Made by a program: the position numbers and the translations under genes. A stretch of 64,000 nt of DNA from Eukaryota sp. TZLM1-RC (lineage: Eukaryota > Protista > Metamonada: BaSk clade): positions 3,348,001-3,412,000 of the forward strand of contig JAUPSS010000001.1 of assembly GCA_040285825.1 (NCBI GenBank), written 5' to 3'. Below the pieces are notes generated by a model. It was not told the origin of the DNA. It searched no databases and saw nothing but the letters and a program-made list of their open reading frames with translations. Below, in pieces: positions 46,662-58,888 of the stretch (within the stretch, counting starts at the first letter, position 1; the number at the start of each line of letters is the position of its first letter).

Positions 46662-49169
46662 TCAACTGTCCTCAACAAATTTAAAATAATCATCAATACT
46701 TCTAGCCGAATCTTCAAAATTTCGATCCAATCTACCAGATCCCACCCTTGGACTTAACCCAAATTTGGGGTTAGGGTTAGGGTTAGGTCTTCTCCTTGGC
46801 CGAGAATTGTTTACTGAATTGTTAACATTCACGGAAACTACTGAGGGAGAGCTTAAAGCAAGATTACTAAAACCCGATGATCCTTTCCTCAACGTTCTTC
46901 GTTGAAGATGATCTTCTTCCTGTATCTCTACCAATGGCTCATCACCTACAGCTTCGTCATCAAACGTAGATAGAGGTGCATGAGGAGGGGAAGCAGAAGA
47001 AACTGGCTCATTGGATAAATGGAGCAACAGTCGAGATTTTTCAGCTTCTGCTCGAGTAGAGCTCACTTTGAGTTGATCAACTTCCATTTTGAGCTTCAAT
47101 AATGATCTTCTATGACTTGATTCAAGTTTAGCTATATGATTCCCCATTTCAAGTTCTTTATCGTGCAATTCTTGTTTTAAATTGACAACTTCACTTCTTA
47201 ATCGGGAAATTTCCTGATTGAGCTCTTCCTTCTCTTCTAAAACACGATGAAGACGACCATCAAATTTTTGATTAATTGATTGACTGATCTCCTCTACACT
47301 TCTTTCGTGATCAAATTTTTGTGACTCAAGCTCATCCATATACTCTTTTTTTAAAGATTCAAGTTCAATAGATAACTTGGAATGATCCCTTCTACAAGAC
47401 TCCAAAAGACTTTGTGATTGATCGAGCTCTATAGACTTCTGCTGAAAATTTCGGTTAAGTGTTGAAAGATCATCCAAAAGTTGGGAATTTTTCGATTTTA
47501 ATTCATCTAATTCAAGCTGAATTTCACTATTTAATTGATTTAATCGACCATAATTCGATATGAGAAAATCTAATTTTTCGAAAATCCATTGGTCATTTAT
47601 CTGGTTAGTATTTTTAAATAAAGATGATAAAATTGACTCAACTTTTTCCCTGAAATTTCTTAAATCCGTTACCTCCCGCTCAAAAACTTCCAAGAGTCTG
47701 TCTTTTTCAACCAATTTTGACCTAAACTCGTCACCAAGCTTGACCATCTTTGACTCATATTCCTTCGCCACTAAAGACTTTTCATAACTGACAGACTCCT
47801 TCAACTCAAGCTCATGTCTCCTTTTTTGATCTTCAATCATATTTTTGACACTTCCATCAAGACTTTGCTTGACTTTCTCAATTTCTTGATTTTTTGATTG
47901 CTCCAAGTCCCTTAACCTACAACTCAACTCATCTATAACAGTTCTGTAATCATTTTCTTGCCTTTCCAAAGCTTCACCTCGTTGTCTCTCCAGCATATCA
48001 AAATCGGATTGAAGCTCATAATTACGATCTTGTTCACGTTTCAAAAGAGCTGAATAGCGGGAAACATCCATAGATAGCGAATGAACTTGATGTTGTAAAA
48101 GTGACACGTCACCAGAATCTTGATTGATTGCTTGTGTGGCTGATTGATTAACCTGGTTTCCGGTCAACAACGACTTCCTCTCTGCTATTAACCTTTCTAT
48201 TTCAGATTCGTATTTAGTTTGTAAAGAAGCATATTCAGAGCTCCACTCGTCCAATTGAACCTGTAGCTCATTATTAAGGGTCAAAAGTCGATTGACTTCT
48301 GATGACTTTTGATCGTCAGATTTGATTGACCTTTGGAGTGAGTCGAGTTGAGAAGTAAGTGCGGTGATCTCTTCTTCAAAATTTTGTGACATTTCATTCA
48401 AATTTTGACGAAGTCTTGCGATTTCTTGTTCTTTTTCAACTATGACATCATCTTTTTGAGCTATTTCCTGCTGTAACCGATCAATTTCACCGCTATTTTC
48501 AACAAAATTCTGATTACTCCTCATAGAATCTTGTTCAATTTGTTTAATTAGTTCCAAATTTTGGTATTTTAACTCCTGAATTTCATCATTTTTTCCAACA
48601 AGTTCATTATTTTTTGAATTAAGTTCTTCCGTGAACCCATCAATTAACTCAACTTTTTCTTGTTCAAATCGTTGTAAAAGTAAAATCTTCTCCTTTTCAA
48701 AAGCTGACGAATCAATCATTCCTGATTGCTCTTGTTGAGCTAACACGTCATGGTTTTTTGCTTCTAGCTGTTCAGAAAGGTCGTCAATCAATTGTGATTG
48801 CTCTCCAACTTCCTTTTGAGCTGATTCAAGTTCTTTTTTTAGTTGAGATATCTTAGCTTCGTAGTGTTGGGTGAGTTCTTGCTTTTCCTTTTTTGAAAGT
48901 TCACTGAGATCCGAAAGACGATTCTCAAGAGCCATGAGTTGAGAGGTAACATCAATGGAGAGATCATCATCAGAGTTGGCAGAGCTGAAAGGGTCTTCTT
49001 CAAACGTTATAGAAGGGGATTCAATTACAGGCTGAGATTGGGGAAGTGGTGAAGATATTGAAGGAAAGTAGTCATAGTCAGCGTTAGAGAGAGAAGAAGT
49101 GTTGAGATGTGGGTTAGATGTACGTGGAGGCTTCCTTCGTGGAGAGAGAACACGATGTTGCTTCGACAT
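46662..49169 (-). CDS. Long coiled-coil protein
   Basis: 835-aa E/Q/L/S-rich heptad ORF with low-complexity ends. Confidence 0.75.
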   Translation of the reverse strand: MSKQHRVLSPRRKPPRTSNPHLNTSSLSNADYDYFPSISSPLPQSQPVIESPSITFEEDPFSSANSDDDLSIDVTSQLMALENRLSDLSELSKKEKQELTQHYEAKISQLKKELESAQKEVGEQSQLIDDLSEQLEAKNHDVLAQQEQSGMIDSSAFEKEKILLLQRFEQEKVELIDGFTEELNSKNNELVGKNDEIQELKYQNLELIKQIEQDSMRSNQNFVENSGEIDRLQQEIAQKDDVIVEKEQEIARLRQNLNEMSQNFEEEITALTSQLDSLQRSIKSDDQKSSEVNRLLTLNNELQVQLDEWSSEYASLQTKYESEIERLIAERKSLLTGNQVNQSATQAINQDSGDVSLLQHQVHSLSMDVSRYSALLKREQDRNYELQSDFDMLERQRGEALERQENDYRTVIDELSCRLRDLEQSKNQEIEKVKQSLDGSVKNMIEDQKRRHELELKESVSYEKSLVAKEYESKMVKLGDEFRSKLVEKDRLLEVFEREVTDLRNFREKVESILSSLFKNTNQINDQWIFEKLDFLISNYGRLNQLNSEIQLELDELKSKNSQLLDDLSTLNRNFQQKSIELDQSQSLLESCRRDHSKLSIELESLKKEYMDELESQKFDHERSVEEISQSINQKFDGRLHRVLEEKEELNQEISRLRSEVVNLKQELHDKELEMGNHIAKLESSHRRSLLKLKMEVDQLKVSSTRAEAEKSRLLLHLSNEPVSSASPPHAPLSTFDDEAVGDEPLVEIQEEDHLQRRTLRKGSSGFSNLALSSPSVVSVNVNNSVNNSRPRRRPNPNPNPKFGLSPRVGSGRLDRNFEDSARSIDDYFKFVEDS

Positions 49170-49299
49170 CGGCTAGCAGCACACAAATGTCAAATAGAAG
49201 TAACCCGTTGAGATTACTGGAATATGAAGATGAAATGAATCAAGTTGATCTTTTCAAAACTTTTTTTTAACTGGAATATTTATTGAGAAAAAATATTTT

Positions 49300-49530
49300 T
49301 TCAAAACTTGAGGTCTTTAATTTCCTTTGAGATACTGATCGATCCACATCATACATCATATTAAGAACAGCATAGACAATACGATTCCATAGACATCCAC
49401 AGTTCTTGCTAGTGAGTAATCCATGTCTAAGGACCAGTCTCGGTTAAGTACTCGATGTTTCTGTACATTTTCACATTCTTACCCGTCGGATATACATGCA
49501 TGACGTCGACATGTAAATCACCTTTTATTA
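49300..49530 (-). pseudogene. Fanzor1 C-terminal fragment (third remnant)
   Basis: Hand translation: RHGLLTSKNCGCLWNRIVYAVLNMMY, then after a 4-nt GATC duplication YLKGN*RPQVLK. This is the degenerate HGLLxCxxC-WNRD-NA-N-RP motif. Confidence 0.7.
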
Positions 49531-49557
49531 GTAAAAAAAACAATTTTTCTTATCAAC

Positions 49558-50110
49558 AATCAACGTGAAATACTGAGCTTGCAACACTTTTATGCCACCG
49601 CGCATAGTATTTCTATCTATCTAAACCATCAGACAACCATGTACGAGATTCTCTAGCAGAAAAGATGCGGTACGAGCAATTGTGTGCTTGAAATGACAAT
49701 CCTTTACAAATGGTTTTCATTGTAGACTTTTGGAATGAGTAGTCTTTTCATCAATTAAATGCATCCATTAGCAACTAATCCTCTTGCTGATACTTCAAAA
49801 GGAAACGATTCAACCAAAAAATTTAAATTTGACAATAACAATTCAAGACTCTGTTATTTTATACCTCTTAAGGTATGTCTGCAAACTAAAGACTGCTCCA
49901 TCGGTGCTGTTAACTCCACAATCAGGACTGTCTTTGTTGAGTCGTCCATATTTTCTTAAATGAGAATAAGATCAGGTCTTAACTCCCTCATGAAGTCACG
50001 CATGTGCCTCCAAACTAATTTTCAAATTCAATCATACATTATGCTTCAAACCTCTGTATGGCCATGAATTTCGGAGTTTCATGACTCTCCACTCTTATTA
50101 AAGTAAAAAG
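49558..50110 (-). mobile_element. HERO/R4-like RLE retrotransposon 3' fragment
   Basis: LRPDLIL...IVELTAPME...FEVSARG...SYRIFSARESRTW; homologous to 22830-23330. Confidence 0.65.
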
Positions 50111-50651
50111 CCCTATATGGAGAACAAAGTTGTTTTTTGCAATATTGAAACTTGTATTTATTGAATTTTTTTTAAAACTGGAATATTTATTGAGATAAAA
50201 AAAGCCATCTAGAATTCAATATCCTCCAAACAAGCGTCACTATTACTGAACCTACTAACAGCGTTACGTTCATATTCTACACCAATAGCTAAAAGTGCCT
50301 TGGAAATCATTGTCTGAATAGACTTGAAAATGCAAAAAACAATTCTATTTAACCAGAAAGTGGAGTTCATTGTTTTACCAGACCTATTCAGTAACACTTT
50401 TTTAAAATTTTCAAAAAAGTGCAACCCTGAAGGTCCAATATTGCCAAAAAGAGAAATTGCAAACGGCACAAACTGATATTTCACATGTTCCACTCTACCT
50501 AACTGTGCCAAAGGTTCTTCATATTTTTTTATCTTCTTTTTTTCGGCGTTAGATAACGGCGAATCAGCGGAATACACTAAACTAGCAGCAGAATTTTTGC
50601 AAACATCAACTGAGACAACATCTACAACATTGAGAACACCATCGATCCCTG

Positions 50652-50803
50652 TGTTAGCTGGAGCTAAACGTGACTTTCCTCTTTTGGAAAGAGGATCACG
50701 TCATCAATAGTTTAAATTGTATTTTAGTTTATTTTTATTTGATTTCTTATATTCTGTTCATAAACTTCTGTTTTTGTTTATGTTTAGTGCACGAAAAGCA
50801 ACA
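50652..50803 (+). repeat. 5' LTR
   Basis: TGTTAGCTG...GCAACA; direct repeat of 57630-57781. Confidence 0.95.
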
Positions 50804-50833
50804 GTAATTACTGGAGCCCGTAAGGAATCCGTC

Positions 50834-52190
50834 TTGTCTCATGTCCCCGTCCAGAATTCCGCGAACCTCATTGCTCCATATTTGAATCATACCGGTAGAG
50901 AGTCCGTCTCCCGATATGTAGAAGCATTGAAGGTTTATGCCCAGCGTATGTCTTGCCATGTCATGTCAGACATGACAAGATACCCTCCTGAGACTAACTC
51001 CCAGTCCTCCTCCGCTAAGGAAGCCTCCCGTCGCCCCTCTGCTCCCGACGCTGACCCTGCCATCTCCGCCTTGACTAAGGAGATAGAAGACTTGAGAAGC
51101 AGACTCTCTCAAGTTTCTTCCCAGTCCCAAGCTTTCAATGAAGCCTCCGATTCCGACACTGAGCCCATTCAAGCCCATGAGTGCTCTACTCCCGTTTCCT
51201 CTCGTCCTTATGATGATCCCGATGGAGATCCAAATTCCCTCTCTCTCGACCCTGCTGACCAACCCGGACTAATCTCATTCGAACACCGCCTCAGATCTGA
51301 TGAAGACCGCCTCTTCGACGCGATGTTGCCTTACATTCCGTATACTATCGCTCCGATTGTCCTAGAGACTTTTGAAATTTGCCACGGTATAGATCCCAGA
51401 GTCCCCTCAGCCATCCTGACTCATTTATTGTCAATGTGCCAACTAGAAGACCCTGCTAGTGTTTATCACCGCTTTCAATCCCTCCGTCTCTCTCTCTGCC
51501 CCCACGGTTGACGAAGCTGTCACGTCATATATCACCCAGTTTCTCAAACTTGTACGACTCTGTCCCTCTCCTCTCCCTGAATCCGCGAAAATGAAGTTCT
51601 TCTCTAACGGAATTCGTCCTGATAAGCTCAAGATGGTAATCAAAACTGACATTGAAGTTGGTACCATCTATAGCTTTGCCTCTCTCGTCTCCCGCCTCCG
51701 TGAACTCCTCCCCGCTTATCACCTCCCCTATTCGGCTTACTATGCCAATAGAGACATTGCTCCTCCTCCTAGAGACTCTCGCCCTCCTCGACGATCTTCC
51801 ACTTCTCCCAGAACTACTAGACAGCCTCCTCGTAACTCTTCTTCCCATCCTGCTCCCTCTTCAGCCAAGCCACCCGCTTCCTCTCATTCTCAACGCTCTT
51901 CATATTCTACTCCTGCTCGTAGCTCTTCCGTGACCTGTTTCTACTGCTAAGAACCAGGACATGTAATCAAGGATTGTCCTAAGTCCGGATGCAAAGCCAG
52001 CCAGAAGCCTCGTCGTCGCCCTCTCGGAAAGAAACCATCCCTTCAAAGGAAGCACTTCACCAGAAGAAGTGTAAACCAAGTAACTCATACTGCTCAAGAT
52101 GACCACCCTGACTCCGTAAACTCCATTATCGATTCAATCCAAGAAGCTATTCAAGAAGATCACCATATAGATGCTACTTATCTTCATGGT
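50834..52190 (+). pseudogene. gag: gag (one frameshift near 51500; TAA inside the CCHC knuckle), in frame with pol
   Basis: TCFYC*EPGHVIKDCP; the frame of 51459 continues into 52191. Confidence 0.75.
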
Positions 52191-55100
52191 TTGAGCTCCT
52201 CCTCCTCTTCCTCTGATAATGAGCCATATAGAGCCACTTTGAATCCTTTTTCTACAATAAACCATAGTACTTACTCTTCCTCTCTACACCAACACCCTGC
52301 TATGGTACATCAGCAAGCCGAAGATTTCACACACCTCTTCAATAATCTTGAATCTTTTACCTCTGCCCTAGCTTCACGAACCAACGCCCTTATCTCTCCC
52401 TATCCTTCACCCTCTGATTCTGGATTGGACTCTTCCTCTGACTCTCTGTCCGAAGCGTCTGAAGTAGTTTCTAAGGTAGACTCCAATAGCCACATGGTAC
52501 CGCCAGGCAACGCTCCTTCCCGCCAAAATGGTTCTTTGCTGTTGGAAGCTAGTCCCGACCTCAGCTCTGAACCAGGGATGATTGACGCAGACTGTGCTCG
52601 TCACGACGGTGGAGTAACGCGTGGACTTATGGAATCTCACCTTCAGAACTCTTCAAAAGCCAAAGACTCAGAGCCCTTAGGAACTGCTCCCGCCCAGAGT
52701 TTTGAACCTTTTGTCTCTTTATCGGCCCAGGGACTCAATAAGCCCTTGGATAAGAAGCTCCTTCACCTCAAGATCTATGTAGACCCTCAGACAATGCTCA
52801 ATGGAATGGTAGACACTGGTGCAACCGTATCTTGTATTTCTCACGACCTTCTGAAACAAGCCAAGCTGAGCCTGACCTCCAAGACTCTAGAAGTTGGCTT
52901 AGCTGATAAAACCAAGCTCTCCTGCCCCCTTGCCTCTGGAAAACTCGCTTTTGCCCTAGGTGGTGCTGCTAAGCTCACCTACGTGGACGTGACTCTCGCT
53001 GTCTTGCCCTGCTCGAACTCTTGCATTATAGGATGCGATTTATTAAGAAAGCTCGGCATTCTGACCGCCGATTACTTATTCTTGAACCTCTCTGCTAAGA
53101 ACCTCCAGATTCTCGAAGATGAAGCCATTCCTGACCAATACATTCCATCCTCTAACCAAATTTCCTCCGTTTCTTCTCTCCCTGACCTTGACAAAGCCTC
53201 ATTTAAGCTGAATGATCCAGAATTAGAAAGCTCTGTTCGATCTCTCCTATTCAAGTATCCAGAGATCTTCTCGAAGCTCCCCGACCCCCAAGGAATTGAC
53301 TGCCCTTCCATGCGAATACCGTTTCATGATGAGTCCAAGCTAGTGAGCAAGAAGTTTCGCTATCTCCCTCCGGATAAGCTAATGGTAGCTAACGAGGAAT
53401 TCGACACTCTGATCAACAATGGTTTCGCTGTGCCCTATGATGGTCCCTGGAGCTCCCCAATCTGCCTCGTTCAACGCCCTGACAAACCCCCTAGATTAAC
53501 CGGCGATTACTCTGGTGCCGATGGCGTTAATGAACTTTCCGTTTCCGTCCCTGCTGACCTCCCCAGAATTTCCGATGTTTGCCAATTCCTATCAGGTAGC
53601 TACTACATTGCCACTTTGGACCTCCCGAAAGCCTTTTGGCAGTTGAACTTACACCCAGATGATCAAGAGAAATCTGCCATAGCCATCCCTGGCCGCAAGA
53701 TTAAATATACCCGCGCTGCTTTTGGACTAAAGAATGTCCCCGCTATATTTCAGAATCTGATGAAGAAAGTTTTCAACTCTGATGGTGTCTTCATCTACAT
53801 GGACGACATCATCGTAGCCGCCTCCGATAAGAAGTCCTTCCTGACCAGACTAGAATTCATTTTCAAGCAAGCCGCCAAGTACAGAATTCGAATAGGTCTC
53901 CACAAGTGCTCGTTCCAAACCAAGGAACATCCAATTAAAGTCCTTGGATCTATTTTCGAAAACGGCCAACGAAAAATAGACCCCTCCAAGATCGAATCCA
54001 TAACCAAGCTTGCTCCTCCCTCCTCTGTCCCCGAACTCAGATCTTTTATAGGATCTGTGAACTTCCTCCGCGATTGGTTGCCTTCTGTATCCGCTGAAAT
54101 CGAACCTCTGACTGCCCTTCTCCGAAATAAACCCAGAAGAGTTCGATTAGGCCCAGCTGAACTCAAGAACTTCGAAAACATCAAGAACATGATAACTCGT
54201 AGCCTACCTCTTGCCCTCCCTGACTCTGACAGCAACATTTTAATCTCAACTGACGCCTCAGAAAAAGCCATTGCCGGAATCATCTGGAAAGAACTGGAAC
54301 CCTCTGCTCCTGGAACTTGTCTCTCCAAGCGCAAGGTGATGCCCATCTCATTCTACTCCAGAATCTTGTCCTCCTCCCAGCAACGTTGGTCTACTCTCCA
54401 GAAAGAGTTATTTGCTATTGTAATGACTCTCAACCAACCCAACTTGTCGTCTTTCCTGCTCACCAGACACTTGACAATCTTTTGTGATCACAAGAACCTT
54501 TCGTATCTATTTAGCTGTCCCGACTCAAACCGTGTAGTACTCCGCTGGATCCCTGTACTACAATCTTTCTCGTTTGACTGTGTACATATCGAAGGCCCCA
54601 AGAACTTTTGGGCAGACTATTTATCCCGCGCCTCTCTTCTCCCCGAAAAGAAAGAGAAGAAGACCAGAGATATCTGCGATAACTCCACCCCCGAACTGTG
54701 TTGCATGATGACCTATCAAGACCAGGCCAAGTCTCCTCTATGGAACTACCTAAATCTTGATGATCTGAGACACTTCGACACAGATCGCTGGTACGATATC
54801 GACTATGATACTGCTGAACGAATCCTTCATCCTTCTGCCCTCCGCTCGAAGCACAGTACCATGGCTTACCTGAACTCTTTGAAACATTTCATTCACTACA
54901 ACGTGAATCCTGAACCGTACGACTATCTTGCTTCCTCCTCCGCTAAGTACTTTATCTTATCCACCGACCTGCCCTTTTTATATAAGGACGTCTCCGCCCC
55001 AAAAGACTATGACTTTAGTTATCCCCTGAACTTGCCCTCTCGATATCTCACTGTTAATGATATCATCCAGCAAGCCAATTGGAATGCTCGAGTTTATTTC

Positions 55101-57635
55101 CATCATCCAAGAATGCCCTTCCTGGATTATCTCCCAGAAGTTGTGCCACAGAACGCCCATCTCATAGTCCTCAACCACGTTCCTCCGCGTACCACCATTG
55201 GTGACTTGCTCTCCGCTGTTGACATATTTCACATCGTTCCTCTCCCCACTTACATGGTTCCTTTTGACCTTGGACATAATCGCTATATCACTGACCGTTT
55301 TCATAATGTTATACTTCTACCCGATGCCAAAGAAGGCGCTCACGACTTTGAACGAAATCTGTGGCATAGAGCCACCAGAGCTAGTGAACGTCATGCATTC
55401 CATGATCTCGTCCCTCCTCGTTGTAACCCTCAGGAATGTCCTGATTCTCCTCGTTGTGACAACTACCCTTGGACTCCTGACTCTAACATACCTAGTCCAT
55501 ACGGTGATCAACTTTATGACTGGAGTCTTCATCCCCAGTTCCATAAATATTCCGATCTGCCTAGTTGTAATATACCGCTCGGACCCCTTTACCCTGATCC
55601 AGACTACCAATTGTATCTATTGAACCCTTGTGTCAACGTAACCACTTATATTCCTCTCTGCCTGTTGAAGCCCGTCGTCCACCGAATCTACCATTATGAT
55701 AACGATGAACTAACTCCCCGCCCCTCTGCCATCCCCGGAATAGAACTAGTCTACGGTCACCAGATTGATCCCAGTGATCGATCGATTCACTATTACTTGA
55801 AGCCTCTTGATTACTCTTCCCTGTCTGAAGTTGATTTCAACAACCCTGATCCTGACTTCATCCATGATGATTCGATTACCTGTTCCCATTTTCCTGATCT
55901 ACTAAACCTGTACTTTAATGGCCCCATTCAACACCATTCAAGATTGGATTTCATTCTCCAAGGTAAGCATCTCGAGATAGTTCCTCATCCTACCCGTTCT
56001 CGTGCTTTTGCCTTGCCAGGATTCCCCGCAGACCAACCTACGTACTACTTACCTTCCTCCAGAAGCGAGTTGCCCTCCCGACTAGAAATATTCGAAGCCG
56101 ACTCTGCCACGTTTAATCACGAACGGTTTCTTGAAGAACAAAGCATGTCCCCTACTGAAGATCTACCTTCCCGCGAAGATCCTAGTCAGTCCATTGATAT
56201 TTCCTCTGATTCCTCTGACGAAGTCCACCTTGTCTCCACTATTACCTCCTCAAGTACCTCTGATTCCTCAGTCCAAGAACTGCTCCCGTCCGGACCCCCT
56301 AGCTCCCCCGCTGCCGCTTTCTTGAATAAGATCTTTAAGGACCAGCAGAAGGTGCCTGATAACGAACCCTTGTTTAAAGACTGTATCATTGAAGCCAAGT
56401 TCGGATTGAAGCTCACCAAATCTGGAAAGATCCTGATTCCTCCGCCTACACGCCCTGAGATCCTCTTGCTCGCCCACGGTTCTATCGAAGCCGGTCACCC
56501 TCCTTTTGCTCAATGCTGGAAGTCCCTTCACCAATCTGACTTTCACTGGCCCAACATGCGTAATGACCTGTTGACCCATGTTAACTCTTGTATTCCTTGC
56601 CAGAAAACTGCCCCCGTCCCCAAGACTTCGATCTCTTCCACTGGATCTCTGAATTCCGTTCGCCGTCCTTTTGAGAGTTTGCATTGTGACTCTATTGGTC
56701 CGCTCTCAGCTGATACTTATGGCAATAAGTACATAGTCCACTTTGTTGACGCATTCTCCAAATTTGGCGTACTCGTCCCTACCAAGGACCTTAAGGCCAC
56801 AACCATTGTTAATGCCCTGATTTCCTCTGTCTACTCTGTCTTTGGTGCCCCTCGTTGTATTCACTCTGATAATGGCCCTGAATTTGCCAATAAGATATTT
56901 AGTTTGCTGTGCCAATTCTTGATTTTTCAGACTACCACAATTGGTCTGACTATGTCCCTCTTTGCCAGATGGTTCTGAACTCCCAGGAAAGGAAAGCTCT
57001 GAACTCATCTCCGTATCGCCTCATTTTTGGATCTGACACCTCTCCTCGCTTGTTACCCAATCAGCTCCTGAACTCTCTGTCCACTCACCCTCTCCCTCCT
57101 GACAAGCCTGAGTTCATAGAACATCTCGTGACTCTTACTAAGAAATTATTAGTCTCATGGGAAGCTGTAGCCCCGTCCTCTGTGCCCCTCCCCGTCAATG
57201 TACCCGAGCCTCCGTACCATCCTCAGATCAATGATCAATGATCGAGTTTTTGTTCTGCGCGAGAAGCCAGACAAACTACACGGTCACTTTGTGGGCCCCT
57301 ACATCGTTCTAAAAGTCCTCTCCTCTAGCTCTCTCCTGGTCCAAAACCCCGTTTCAGGTTCGTCCCTCAAGACTGCCACCCACCTAGTAAAGCCCTGCTT
57401 GTCTTCATTGCCACCTGAGATTCTTAACGCCTATGTTGCTGCTGATTCCGGTGAGTTGATCCTGGATGCGATAATAGATATCTCCGACGAATCCGCCACC
57501 GTACTTTGGTCCGATGGAACCACCACCGTGCAGCCTGTTTCCTCCATTAGGAATACTGCAGCCTATTCCAGATACCACAAGCTTGCTGACGATACTCCAA
57601 AATCCCGCCGAAAAAGAAAGAGAAGGCAGTGTTAG
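52191..57635 (+). CDS. pol: pol polyprotein (PR-RT-RH-insert-IN-chromo-like); integrase disrupted
   Basis: 1595-aa ORF plus frameshifted 56909-57241 and 57198-57635. The segment holding the third DDE residue is missing near 56920, and there is a GATCAAT duplication near 57230. Confidence 0.9.
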
Positions 57636-57781
57636 CTGGAGCTAAACGTGACTTTCCTCTTTTGGAAAGAGGATCACGTCATCAATAGTTTAAATTGTAT
57701 TTTAGTTTATTTTTATTTGATTTCTTATATTCTGTTCATAAACTTCTGTTTTTGTTTATGTTTAGTGCACGAAAAGCAACA
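57630..57781 (+). repeat. 3' LTR
   Basis: Direct repeat of the 5' LTR, followed by TSD CCTG. Confidence 0.95.
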
Positions 57782-58785
57782 CCTGGAGCTACTAAATCTG
57801 CCCTTCTTTTACCAAAGGAATCATCAGTTTGATCTGAAGACAACTTACGTACTAGTGGCTCAATAAATGCCTCTATATTGAAACTTTTGCACATGGCATA
57901 TAATTGACCACGAACTGAGTCATGAACAATTGAGCGATAAGTTATAAAATACTTACAGTTTAAAATATGGGAAAGCGTAACTACACTCTTGCAGCGACAA
58001 ATTAAATCATTTGGTAATGAACAAGGCCATAGAGAACATCTCATTCTCATTGCAGTGGTCCATTGGTGATCATTAAGGAGAAGGCCATAAATGTTGGGAA
58101 TTCGGGAGATTAGGCAACTTGAGCAACTGTCTTCAAGATCAATCAAAAAGTTTGCAAAAACGGGATTTTTGTCCTTAGCCAAGCTAAGACGTACAATATA
58201 ATCCAAGTTTTCTAAAACTTTCAAGATTTTTTTCTGCAATTTTGCAAAAGTCAGTGGTAAGGAGAGCAAGCTTCTTGAAGGAAGTTCCACAATATCAGAG
58301 GGGAAACATTTAGCCCAAATATTGGGTGAAAGAGTTTCAATTTCCTGTTGCAATGAAATAAGATAAGATCTGCCACAATTTTCAATGAGATGAATTATTT
58401 CAGGAAAGCGATTCACAAATTCATAAATAAAATTCTTTCCACCTCCAATAAAGGCAGCTTTACAAAGGTAGCTTGATTTATGAAATTCAACACCACCAAA
58501 ATTTGTACCACAAAAAATGTGGCTTCGTAACTGAGATGCATCAATTTCCAATAATTTTGCTAAAAAATTGGTTCTTTGTTCATTAAAAAGGCGACAAAAC
58601 TCCAACGTAATTGATAGTGATGTTGATCTCAAAATATGAGTAAATTTTCCAGAATAACAGATTTTTAGGAAAACGAATTTCAAATGTTTCTCAATATTTA
58701 AATTTTCTATTGATTCTAATTCATTTCCAAATTGAGTCAACAGCGTCGAAAGTTGGCCTTTGACTTCATCAATATTTCCGAGATA

Positions 58786-58888
58786 ATTTAATTTTAATTT
58801 AATTTATTGAATTTGCACACTTAATTAAATTAATTCATAACTAATGGGACGACTATCATTGAACCAAGATTTCCTCTACAAAATCTTG
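58786..58888 (-). mobile_element. ~100-bp family B 3' stub
   Basis: Matches 33360-33450, with an extended (AATTA/AAATT)n tail. Confidence 0.75.

Larger units (their letters stand above)
50652..57781 (+). mobile_element. Ty3/gypsy LTR retrotransposon (chromovirus-like), 7.13 kb, 4-bp TSD CCTG
   Basis: Two apparently identical 152-bp TG..CA LTRs; PPT at 57610-57629; gag with CCHC, then PR (VDTGA), RT (YMDD), RH (TDAS, CDH), IN (HHCC, D, D) and a C-terminal chromo-like segment. Confidence 0.95.
50165..58785 (-). mobile_element. CRE-like family C copy split by the gypsy insertion (50165-50651 and 57782-58785)
   Basis: Joining the two halves regenerates ...GATC-CCTG-GAGCTACTAAA, as seen in the uninterrupted copy at ~5310-5330. 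Confidence 0.9.

Noticed and set aside
46768-46787. (TTAGGG)3 telomere-like repeat (also CCCTAA x2 near 17098) as an interstitial telomere or CRE target
   Set aside because: Both lie inside long intact ORFs, encode Pro-Asn repeats, and have no element inserted.
53795-56684. Antisense and alternative-frame ORFs over pol (e.g. 183 aa and 141 aa) as an env-like or antisense gene
   Set aside because: Consistent with shadow ORFs caused by the codon bias of pol; no recognisable motifs.
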